Position numbers and translations under genes: made by a program
Notes under the pieces: model-generated
What the model was told of the DNA's origin: nothing
What the model saw: the letters and a program-made list of their open reading frames with translations, nothing else
Databases searched by the model: none
Shown: in pieces, positions 45,401-54,300 of the stretch
How the letters are laid out: each line of letters opens with the position of its first letter
Numbering within the stretch: position 1 is the first letter of the stretch
NCBI GenBank assembly: GCA_043228905.1
Contig: JBHGNT010000015.1
Coordinates: forward strand, 5,580,001 to 5,644,000
Direction of reading: 5' to 3'
Length of the DNA stretch: 64,000 nucleotides
Origin: Azolla caroliniana
Taxonomy: Eukaryota > Plantae > Polypodiophyta

Positions 45401-47735
45401 ATGAAAATTAATCCTCATGCCACAGTGGTGCCTTTTATTGTTATGGTGGATCCTAAAGAATGCGAAACCATTGAAGATTTTGATATCAGAAAGCATGATC
45501 AATATAATTATTTTGTCATTGGTGGATCGCATTCAGCAGAGGCACGTCGGCAACTTGTGAGAGAACATCCAACCACTTTCTTCTTCAAGTATGCCGAGTG
45601 CAAAATTTATGTTGGGCTCACAACCGAAGAGGCTAAGCTGTTGGCATGGGACCATAATAATGATAATGACTATAGGCAGAAAATGTCGTCTATTGAGCGT
45701 ATACGGTTCTTCCACCACGAGTATTTAGATGTGAAACAAAAGTTTGGTGTGAAGTTACATCCAGGCCTTCGACGTCAATGTCTTCATGAAGTCGGCATTG
45801 TGGTAGATGATAATGTTAGGTCCGATGGTCTTCGAAAGTATGAATCTTGGTTTCAATTGGCGTTTAGAGATGGAGAAGTATGGGACCTCCAAGATCAAAT
45901 CTTCTCAATGTGGGAGAATAAGGAGGTAAAGGGTCAACGACAAAAGAAATGTAGGGTTGACCCTCAACTAGAATTAAAGTCACAAGCCGCCAAGAAAATT
46001 GACTTGACAATTGAAGAAGCGGCAGACGACATGAAGCTGTCTCTATGGAGAGCGATGCAAGGTATTAAGGACGAGCAGCTTCTTGTGTCGGTTTTGTCAA
46101 GGGTTGTGGCGAAAGATTTAAGCCTTGAAGAAATGGTCACCGAGTTCAATAAGTAAGTCTTTCAAATACTGAAATTGTAGTCTATCTGGTGTAATTCAAA
46201 GTTCTAATCTTGATTTCTAATTTTACAGTCATAAGGTGTACATGAAGATCCAAGAAGTAATGATGAAACAACTTGGATGTATAACTTGGGAACAAGTGAC
46301 CGAGGATTATCCTCTAACGTCTTCGTATAAGGCGTTATCAGAGTATTTTATTGCATTCAAGGATTGGGTTAGTATTGATGTTTTTTCATTACCCTTTCAT
46401 CATATGTAGAGCTTGTATAATAATACCTGATGTCCTATTGTTTCTATTAGAAACCGTGTCGAGGCAAGAAACAAGGAGAAGTTAAGGATATACACGATTT
46501 CCCTACATCCTTCCTTGCACATCTCGAGCGAGCCAGAAAAGAAAAGGATCGTCGCTTAGTCAAGGCGTACGAAATGGAGGAAGATGGCTCGTTTAAAAAA
46601 TTTAGCCACAAAAAAGATATTACGAGAGATCTTTACTACAATGTGGTTTGCGGTGATGTCATCGACTTGATCCAGAAGTTGCCAAAGAAGGAATATACGC
46701 TAATGATTGCGGATATTCCTTACGGATTTCGAATGGCTGGGTCATCATACGACGATGAACCGTTTAGGTTTAAACAATTGGAGAAGATGGTCAAGGATTT
46801 CGCTGAGCTAACGACCGCATCCTTGTGGCGAATAGTTGTCTTTCATAGTATGGACCAAGGGTACTCGGTAGCTCAAGCTTTGAGATCTCATTGCCATGGC
46901 ATCGAGAACCTTGCATGGTAAGGATTATAGGTGTCTTTCATTATATTGCAATTCTTAAGGTTGTTGAATCTATTCTTAACTCGATGAATTATTTTTTATA
47001 GGATCAAGACCAATGTAAATAGAGGGCCAACTTTTCGGTTCGTTAATGCCATTGAATACATAACGGTTGGCTACTTCGATGAAATTAAAAAACAGAGAAT
47101 CAAAGAGCATTCTAATGAAGTGGGAGGTTCAAATCTGTTGGTATATCCAGCAGTGACTCGGAAATTGCGACATGTCACCACGACAGAACGGGGACTTGTC
47201 AACCCATACCAAAAACCTCAACGACTTATGATGCGCTTGATCGAGATGTTTTCTGTCGAAGGAGACTGGATATTAGATCTCTTTTCTGGCACAGGTATTC
47301 CTCGAACTAGGGTAACGATCTTGAGATAACCAATCACTTTTTTTCGTTTGACAACTAAATCTTCTTGTTACTTACATCATAGGAACTACGTCAGCATGTG
47401 CATTGAAGCTGTTTAGAAATACAGTTGCATTGGAGAAGGACGAGGACCAAGTTATATTTATTAATATGCGGATTAAGGCTTTGTGGGAGTGCCCAGACCA
47501 GGATGAGGAGGTCGGTGCAAAGAACCTCGCCAATACAGAAAGGTTTCAACCCGCTTCGCGAGAGCCTATTCCTCCGTTAGCCGGCGAACCGGGGGAGCTA
47601 ATAGAGCTTGATGATGAGCTTATAGAAGATATTTCGTTGGCCCGGCTAACAGGGGAAACCAATGCACGTATAGCCGAAGACAGTTCTACACAAGATGATG
47701 AAGAAAATGACGTTGATGAATTGATTGCTATGTAA
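36428..47735 (+). CDS. ParB/Srx-like domain plus beta-class N6-adenine/N4-cytosine DNA methyltransferase, ~974 aa, 6 exons: 36428-36462, 44515-46152, 46229-46367, 46451-46917, 47002-47294, 47383-47735
   Basis: All five GT-AG introns are phase-compatible and the joined 2925-nt ORF has no stop. ParB-like PFIVMVDP...YFVIGGSHSAEA...AKLLAWDHNND. MTase motif IV IADIPY (46712), then AWIKTN, NAIEYI, NPYQKP..LM..LIEMFSVEGDWILDLFSGTGTT..ALKLFRNTVALEKD. The exon 1 join is the least certain. Confidence 0.82.
36513..36784. repeat. Array of six palindromes AAACACGAACTCGATACG(G/C)CGTATCGAGTTCGTGTTT at ~51-bp period; sixth copy completed at 44080-44100
   Basis: Centres at 36525, 36576, 36627, 36678, 36730 and 36781. 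Spacers occur in both orientations. Confidence 0.95.
37586..41053 (-). CDS. RT-RNase H-integrase of element K, probably reached by -1 frameshift from gag-PR
   Basis: 1155-aa ORF. LPQGATNS, PFLDDI, VDTSPTGIG, HESDWAGHRG..CEKC, ADRGE, YNPEANGKIER, WFGPY. Frame is open back to GGATTTT at 41191-41197. Confidence 0.93.
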   Translation of the reverse strand: MKKQYRQVEDKLRSASIIKEDEEIVGVIEEVFYGNTLQRLEELAEDKSQGNRVVPVESVEMYEIIAKMEPDTLRKEEAMVSTKYKTVEKKVKPAAGPLPADSEQKRKEVSGDPTLRKTVDIGHAFTDETRKKLRIGGGGFLLQEEEKRFREMLEQHGKAFAFTSREIGCIDPKIVEPMVIFTIDHVPWNLKPIPVPRAHIPKVIDLLKEKVAMGILEPSSAPYSNRWFTVPKKNGSLRFIQDLQPVNKVTIRNSGVGPIVDEFAEAFAGRAIYSIGDLYSGYDQFQLAVESRDITTMRTPIGLVRMCTLPQGATNSVAHMMNAMNKVLRDCIPEITMPFLDDIPMKGCAVEEKDETMDDRGCRKFVVDHIHDCEKVLRKLEDVHLTLSGEKSAFGQEEILVVGHLCGPYGRRPSPTKIDAIQAMKEVCESTSEVRRFLGACAFYHIWIPHYAHIADPLYHLLRKGKKFEWKPEHTKAMRKLKKTLWRAESLKKPSYERPIIVTVDTSPTGIGWVINQADSDSSRYPIRFGAKVLNERQRGYAQVKRELWGVVSAIKSDRDYLIGAEVVIETDCLPILGMMRCCTIPDVAMLRWIAYVKSLNPEVRHISGKDNAVADMLSRARFEDDITESDNEEVSEDYFTSEHICRVNVIREFREEEYEGKTLMIGKMLQEVEDSTNDKERRAEIRRMKRQVQKFFLENGLIWRTPKRPDGIPLRVVGTKEQRNRIMSEFHESDWAGHRGTWATFVKIKQRYWWKNMYKDVAEFTESCEKCQVYSGVRHRDELHPTFSPRINFKWMVDIVAMPTGIGQKKYLVLAREDLTNQVEGRALRRKTCAAVCQFLLEEVFCRYGCVGQVIADRGELDSDKARGFFAKHGVRLTLTTAYNPEANGKIERGHSPIVKALAKACDGRVKDWPQMLPYALWADRTTHSSVTGYMPAELMTGQAPVMPTETAIATWTILPWKEEMSREELLAVRIRQLEGRPKDVAEASRRQQEARFRNKSRFDTKHQLRPRRIEEGDWVIVYDSSLDHQHTTMRKFAKRWFGPYEVRKVFDNGTYRLSELDGTILRVPIAGKRVKIFKKRTDDKPYVIQVKANNEEQSDEDHNDAGSEESGLQLIVDIRGESEEASDEDRYEESRTSAHTGGCAGLEGASVVV
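41188..43314 (-). CDS. Gag-protease of element K
   Basis: 708-aa ORF (true start probably the ATG downstream of the PBS). CIWCDSAEHDRRDC knuckle, ALIDHGSEINLM aspartic protease, VILGQPF. Confidence 0.9.
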   Translation of the reverse strand: MVPTRLTQRSGAERHDTVGEPDVKTGGKEMEAQQANNMMAMFERMLQEQRTMSEISASVERLVQRNGQFNGKDVSRYLQDYKAEMLRCRASEGLQVTSFNRVATDGLQGSIHGLQQQNPTWEAFEEALKNTFAIEDSSKATRRGFEDWVETSGKGLKVLEVFSTFESRFGRLSARDQTILAPDKVIMFLRAVDVRDRKDLGVLLEDTTTESGLTETWESVRDIVARYTKRGQWLANEEKRVSEPIPKPRTGLEDHQPRAREITAEKGVDASTVEQLLKEMENLKIAMVKKSDDRPTSSKYTDRRCIWCDSAEHDRRDCDDHKEALRRDLIYYEGNRIHSMDSRKPLRPNFRKGGMKKVLEEELAARSNYATTAGICVGESSGAKASFWPEVLGNTEKTDSNDIRNTAEGVREATGWECPVDKNSIYALCQLHEVYVDEKRRRTEDAAGPSKIPESWNSGGKGKEKATPAFKLASDIEQQTDLKRVFEERILDSRVDFSLRELLGIAKKEFHDLLVDLVKRKRQSTEENAPRVNANTVSMNDTEVEGEIPNSHYTRPHWARATTETPVRIGNIKEPVLALIDHGSEINLMSKEFYRKGKWPINTNHGWKIRAATKTTEDLFAACPDVTVKIGDVEIDQNFFVQDEVSHSVILGQPFITASRMETKVLDSGAAFARIRSQNGGKSVQFLTVPANHERNKRELLSQVRMDF

Positions 47736-48746
47736 TAGACTATATAAAGAATATGACACTGACGATTTGTTAAGATTTCACATTATTAATACAAATTTTG
47801 GGTTTTACCTAGTGGATTCTATTCTTTATAATCATCTATATGTTTCAATTTTATTTTTATATACTTCATTAGTAGATTTATGATATTGGTTTCACCGCGT
47901 GCATAGCTGACTACCAAACTTATGGAGAAACATGAACTAGCTTAAATGGAGGCTGATTTTGGTCCAAGCTAACCTTAACAGAACATGGCCCTATAATTAT
48001 TGCCATGACTGTCCATGTTGTTATTATGGATCTTTGTCTTATATTGTTAAAACTATTATGTTTCTATTCCATTGCTGCTTAGATTGTGTAGTGTGTTGAT
48101 AATGGTTCCAGTTGCGTTATCGTTCGGAGTTTGATCTTGTGTGAATCACCTAAGCAATAGAGTAGATCAATTTTAAATACAGGTATGAAAGCCTAATAGG
48201 TTTGTTATTTCCACGACATTATCCTAAAGTTCACTGCCTTACATTGTGCACAATTATATACACATATGGTTTGATCCCATATGAACAAACTGAGGAATAG
48301 ATTAGATCAACTTTTAATATAAGTATTGAATACTTTAATAAGTTAGTTATTCCAATCACTTATCCTAATGTGCACTATCCTACATTTTCGACAATTACAT
48401 ACATGCACGTATGGGTCAAAGTATAAATTATATCTCATTTTATTAGTATGGATACAAGTACACCTCATATTTTTGTAAAACCTACCTAATTAATATAATT
48501 CTTTAAGTTAGTGTTTCCCTTGTCGCACAATAGTGCCATATTGAGCCATAGTTGAACTTTATTTAGATACATTAACTTATCAACATGTCTAAACTTGCAT
48601 GATTTCTACTGATCTCCACTCGTAGATCTATCATGTATTTTTATATTTGCAAATTCTTATCAAGTTGAGGAACATGTGATACTAGTGTATCCAATTATTG
48701 TAGAGAGGGTGTATTTTCTTCGTTTTAAGAAGATTCTACAAGTGGA

Positions 48747-48782
48747 ATGCGCAATCCTTCCACTTGTGAACGCGAACGTGTT
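48747..48782 (-). repeat. Right TIR
   Basis: Reverse complement AACACGTTCGCGTTCACAAGTGGAAGGATTGCGCAT matches the left TIR at 35 of 36 positions. Confidence 0.92.
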
Positions 48783-50686
48783 CAATTATTAGCTTGTTTT
48801 CCGTCACTAACCCTCCAACCCACGCATGCTCCTACTGTCTATTTCCCGGTAGAACATGTCATTTGTACTGGGGAAGGCACTCCGATCCGCATGGCTACTT
48901 GCCGACGTTCCCCCCACGACCACGATCACATCGATGCTACTGTCACCGACATGCTCACCAAAGGTCTTATCATTCCTTCCACCAGCGATTGGGTTTCGGA
49001 ACCCGTGGTGCTTCCAAGTGAAAAAGCATATCTAGATGTAGACTTACGGTCGCCAACATTTCTGGCCCAATCGGCATCCGTGTAGCCGACAAGTTGTCTA
49101 GCTACACCGATCCGATATAGCAACCCCCTGTCCTTAGTGTCATTGACGTACCTTAGTATTCAGTGCATGCACTGAAGGTGCTCCATGGTTGGATGCGCCA
49201 TAAATTGACTAATCGGTTCGACCAGGTAGCTATGGTCCGATCGGGTGATGGTCAGATATATGAGACTTTAGACTATTTGTCGAAAGCTTTTCAGGTAGCA
49301 TGCCATTCTGAAGTCGGGGCGAAGTTGCACATTCCATTCCAAAGGATTCGAGATGGATTTGCATTCCATCATACTAAATTTGAAGAGCATACTCAACACA
49401 TAGTGGCATTGACTGATCAATATGCTTTCTGGGGTGCAGATCACTTCCCAGTTGTTCCGGTTTCTCTAGGTAAGTAAACCACTCCTCATGGCTTGTCATG
49501 TGATTTGATGCTCCGGAATCAACATACCATACCTCATTCGGTTTCGAGGTGCTTGTCTTCATTAAATTGGCCTTGTGCTCCATCACAAAGGCTAGGCCTG
49601 ATCCATCTCCGAAATCGGATCCTTCTGGTTCTTCCACGTAGTACTAGCTTTTCCGACTTCCTCGTCCAGCCTTGTCATATCCGGATTTGTCCGAATCAGC
49701 GCACTTTTTCCAGCATTCGCTCTCTGTGTGGCCCTTCCGGCCACACCCGCATGGTTCTCCTCTACTAGGAGCATTGACTATAAGTAAAAAAACGAGGGCA
49801 TATTCTCCCTTGTACAGACCACCGTCCGGAATGCTCCGAGCTTCGATGCCAAGCCCATGAGACAGACCTGCACCATTTCATCTTGCTCAACAATCATGTT
49901 GAGAGAGGCAAGGGAGTCGTAGATGTCTTTGATCCGGGCCATGTAGTCAGCCACTGACATATCCTTCTGTTGGACATTGTTTAACTCCTGTCCGAGTTGC
50001 AGCTCTCGGGCCGTGGTGCTTGCGGCGAATACCTTTTTCAAGTTCTCCCAAGCTTCCTTTGGTGTTTTGGTGTCCCAAATATGGTTGAGTAGCTGATCAC
50101 CAACACTAGATGCGAAGCAATACATTACTCTGCTTGCCGCTTGTTCCCAAGCCAGGAAGTCCATGTGTGCCGCATCTGGTGCCGCATCGTTAACTCGGTC
50201 GACATAACTCCAGTAACCATGCCCGAGTAGGTACTGGTGCATCTTGTACGACCAAGGTGCGTAGTTGGATCTGTACAACTTCTCTGTTAGGAGCGAGCTA
50301 GCCATTCCTCTGTCCATTCTAACCTTTGTTTTTAGTTCTCTATCGGGTGTTAGGGTTTGTCATTGGAAATCACTCGTTGACTGTAGAGGTTCTCAACCCC
50401 TGCACTCTAATACCATGAAAAAGATAATGTGCGGAAGCTAAGACAAAACCGGCTAGTCCGGATGAAAACAGAACACAGATCGAAGGTTTAATGGAAGCTT
50501 AGAAATACACAATACATGGGAGAGCAGAATAGCATAAACCAAATTCAAAATAATAACACATTGTACATACAAATGTCCTACAAAACACTTTTTATACAAG
50601 TCCTTAAAGGGATTGACAAAAGTATTGACATGTACTTCAATGCTCATAAGAGCGACTAGCACTAACTCTAAGGAATGTGCCTATGT

Positions 50687-51292
50687 TGTCGTGAAGAAAA
50701 CCGTCCCCAGGCACAAACCGTGTATAGTGTGTGTGAACCAGCCCTTACACGTGGGCATGCCCCTTGTTGTATGGTAGATAGGTAGGTACAAAGGTCAAAT
50801 CCTAGGTAGCAATATTCTATAGGGGGAATCGAGGAGTATCTCTGTCCGAAAGGACAGAGAATTAATGTGATGTAAACGGGTGAAACGGCCTCCCTCCTTG
50901 AGCTATAAAAGAGAGGGAGACGGGGGAGAGAAGGTATCGTGTGCTAGAGGGGACGAAGTGCTGTCGGACTGGGACCGAGCTCTTCTTCTCTGTTGTTCTC
51001 CATAGCTTTCTTTTGCGCAGGTTCTCAGGAGGCTGATCTTGCTCCGTGGAACGCCCGTGTGCTTCCGGCAGAATCTCCATCTTGCTCTCCTGTGTGCGTG
51101 GGTGGTCAGGCGCCGACATCCATCTCGCCGACCTAATCGGCTATAACCGTTCAAGTCGTCTGCATACATACAAATACATACACATATTTATATACATACG
51201 CTAGCGTTCTCAACTCGTGTCTCCTGTGTTGTTGGGCCGCGTCCCCGTGCGCTTCTTTGTCTATACGTGTGTGAGCGTCTCTTGCTCTCTCG

Positions 51293-51324
<32 letters not shown>

Positions 51325-54300
51325 TCTCACCTATTCCTCAGTCCAGGACCCCAATGGTCTCGCCTTGTTCTCCACGCACGCGCATACCAACGCGACATAT
51401 TTGGTGAACCCGACGTGAATAGGCGGCAAAGAAGTAGAAGATGAGGGGGTCGGACCTCGCAGAAGCCATGGCTTCGGCTGTGGACCGTATAGTGAGTGCG
51501 CGCGAAGGCACCGGCGCCCTTGATAGGGCTATTGAGGCGGTTGTTGGTACGATCGGCTGGTTTAGTGGGAAGGATGCCACGAGCTACTTGGTGTCCTACC
51601 GGGCTGAGATGGTAATGAGGGACATTCCAGAAGAGAGGCGTCTAGCCGGATTCCCTCGAGTGGCGATGTCGGGCATCCATACGGAGGTGCTCGAGGTATG
51701 GGCCAAGAGCCGGACCTGGGAGGAGTTCGAAGGTCAGCTCCTCGAAAAATACGAGCTTGAAGATGCACTTCGACTTTTGAAGCAGGACTTCATGGAGTGG
51801 GTGGAGACCCCCGACAAAGGAAGGAATGCGACGGTGCTCCTCCGGGAGTTTGAGGAACGCTTCGCGCGTCTCTCGGTGCTTGACCGGACCATTCTGGACA
51901 CAAGTCGTGTCCTATTGTTTGTTAAGTCAGTTGACGAGTGGGATTGGGAGCAAGTAGGCCTCCTGTTGGAGACTAATGACGGGCTGACGGCTAACTGGGC
52001 TGTGGTGAAGAGGGTTTGTGGCCGTTTCGACAAACGGCGGGAATGGGTTGACAAAGGATCGACGGGGGCGGGCTTTGTCGCAGCAAGGAAGCACGAGCCA
52101 ACACCACCAACGCGAGGGGAAGAGACCCGAGATTGGCTCGAGACCGGATCGGCTTCGACTGGCATGGTCAAGGGCTCGTCTGGGGGAGCAACTCTGGAGG
52201 AACTGACGCGGATGGTAAAGGATCTCCAGATCACCCAGGCACGGAGGGATGGTGGCAAACAGGGCCGTGACCGACGACCTCTGGCTGGAAACAGGTGCAT
52301 GTGGTGTGACACGGTTGGCCACATCCAGAAAGACTGTGGGGACTTAGCCGAGGCGATGAGAAGCAACGTGGTGTACCTGTGGAACGGTCGGGTGCACGCC
52401 AGCGAGACCCGAAGGGCCCTAGACCTGAATGTCGGGCGGGGAGGTATGAAAAGGCCGATGGAGGAGGCGGCGGCTCGTCACGCAGAGACCGTCCACTACT
52501 CGGCGTCAGCTGGTATTCGGGTCGGAGGTGGCGAGGCCCCAAAGACGAACAAAGCCTGGTTCTGGCCGACGATGCTAGAAGGCCTCGCCGGCGCACGACT
52601 ACGGAAAGAAGAGGTGGAACGCGCAGAAAAACGGGTCTGGGAGGTAACCGGTGGAAGAAAAGACGGGCTTCGTCGAAGCCGCTTGTCAAAACTACGAGGC
52701 TCTGGTGGAGGACAAGCGGGTAGGGAAAACCGGAGGGGCCGGGCCCTCGCAACGATAGGAAACTCGGTTCGGGCAAAGGCAGAATGAGGCCGGTGTAACC
52801 GGCACCCAGGATAATCCCAAGAGGGGCGGGTACCGGCTGGGCACAGAAATCGAAAGAACCACGGACCTGCGAAAGGTCCTGGAAGAACGAATCCTCGACA
52901 GCAAGGTGGAATTGTCGCTAAGGGAAGTGCTCGGGATCGCCAAGAAGGAGTTCCACGACTCCATCGTAGACTTGGTGAAGAGGAAGAGGCTGTCGACGGA
53001 GGAAGAACCAGAGAAGCCTGTGGAGGTGTGAACGACGCACATAGAGGACATAGCGTTGGAAGACGAGTTGGCGGAGAGCCACTATTCGAGGCCGCACTTG
53101 GCCAGAGCGACTACGGAGACCCCCGTGAAGATCAGAGATGTTCATGAACCGGTGGTGGCGTTGGTGGACCACGGTTCAAAAATCAATTTGATGTCCATGG
53201 ACTTCTATAAGAAGGGGAAATGGCCGATCAACACCAAGCACGGGTGGAAAATACGGGCAGCGACGCGTGCCACCGAAGAACTGCATGGAGCCTGCCCCAA
53301 TGTACGAGTAAAGAATGGCGATGTCGAGATTGACCAACACTTCTTCATGCAGGAGACGTCCTCACATCCGGTTATACTAGGAGAACCGTACATCACGGCA
53401 GCACGGATGGAGACCAAGGTGCTAGACAACGGCTCGGCCTATGCAAGGGTCAAGAGCCAGGATGGGTGTGACTCGGTCCAGTTCCTGACGGTGAGACCGA
53501 ACCATGAGCGGAACCGCGACACCCTCGGGGGCGAAAGCCGAGAGGATTTTTAGAGAGGGCTATCAAGGCATGGGGCCGCGATAGTCCGAACACTCCGGGA
53601 AAACCCCACAAGTGTACGATAGCGAAGAAGACCTGTACTATAAGTAGGAAATTTTGGTTCTTTGACAATGGAGGGTGTACGATAGTCGACGTTGTTGGCT
53701 GGAAGAAGAAAAGGGCTGAGGAGCAACTTCGGGCATGTGGTATCCTCGGCCTTGGAGAGGAAATCAACGGAGCCGTGGAGGCGGTCTCTTTCGACGATAC
53801 CTTGGGGGAGCTGCGAGAGGTAGTCGGAGGAGTCCTTAAAGAGGACCGGACGATTCCGGTATGTTCGGAAAGGATGTACAAAGTCATCGCGGACTTCAGT
53901 AGAGGGCTCAAGTCGGATCAGACAGCCCGGGTGGACACGAGGTACAAGACTGTGGACCAGAAGGTGAGGCCAGTCACGGCTCCCTTGCTGGAGGGCAGCG
54001 AGTTGCGAATAAAGGGGGTTGCGTCGGACCCGAGTTTACGAAATCCAGCCCGCATAGGACACACGTTCACCGACATAACGCTGTGCGAGCTCAAAATCGG
54101 TGGGGGTGGCTTCCTACTGCTGGCGAAAGAGGACCATTTTCAGGGAATGCTCGGAAGCCACGGGAAGGCTTTCGCATTCTCACCGGAGGAGATCGGGTGC
54201 ATAGACCCGACAGTCGTGGAACCGATGGTGATATTCACGGTACCACATGTGCCGTGGAGTCTCAAACCGATTCCGGTACCCAGAGCTCACATCCCGAAGC

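Larger units (their letters stand above)
32468..48782. mobile_element. TIR DNA transposon (Sola1/DUF7869-like), ~9.0 kb native size, carrying a transposase and a ParB-like/DNA methyltransferase gene
   Basis: 36-bp TIRs with 1 mismatch and 4-bp TSD CAAT (32464-32467, 48783-48786). Excision restores the interrupted gypsy reading frame. Two divergent genes inside. Confidence 0.9.
28213..49005 (+). mobile_element. Old gypsy element L (gag-PR-RT start) in three pieces, ~28213-29046, 31608-32467 and 48783-49005, split by insertion M and the TIR transposon
   Basis: PBS-like TGGTGGAGAAGCAGGG at 28394 (tRNA-Ala-like), gag (RPKSFSG, PMDIDV, CFYCNNYGH), protease region (LTLGCDWF) and RT start (HVICTGEGTPI...LTKGLIIPSTSDWVSEPVV). 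Frame SIRQ/LLACFP is restored on removing the TIR element. Left boundary uncertain. Confidence 0.7.

Noticed and set aside
44387-47735. Bacterial contamination or a prokaryotic restriction-modification operon
   Set aside because: The MTase is split by phase-compatible GT-AG introns and lies inside a TSD-flanked element nested among plant retrotransposons. No restriction enzyme is visible.
46574-47735. Three separate small genes (115, 69 and 110 aa)
   Set aside because: They are consecutive exons of one MTase domain; motif I is split FSGTG/TT by an intron.
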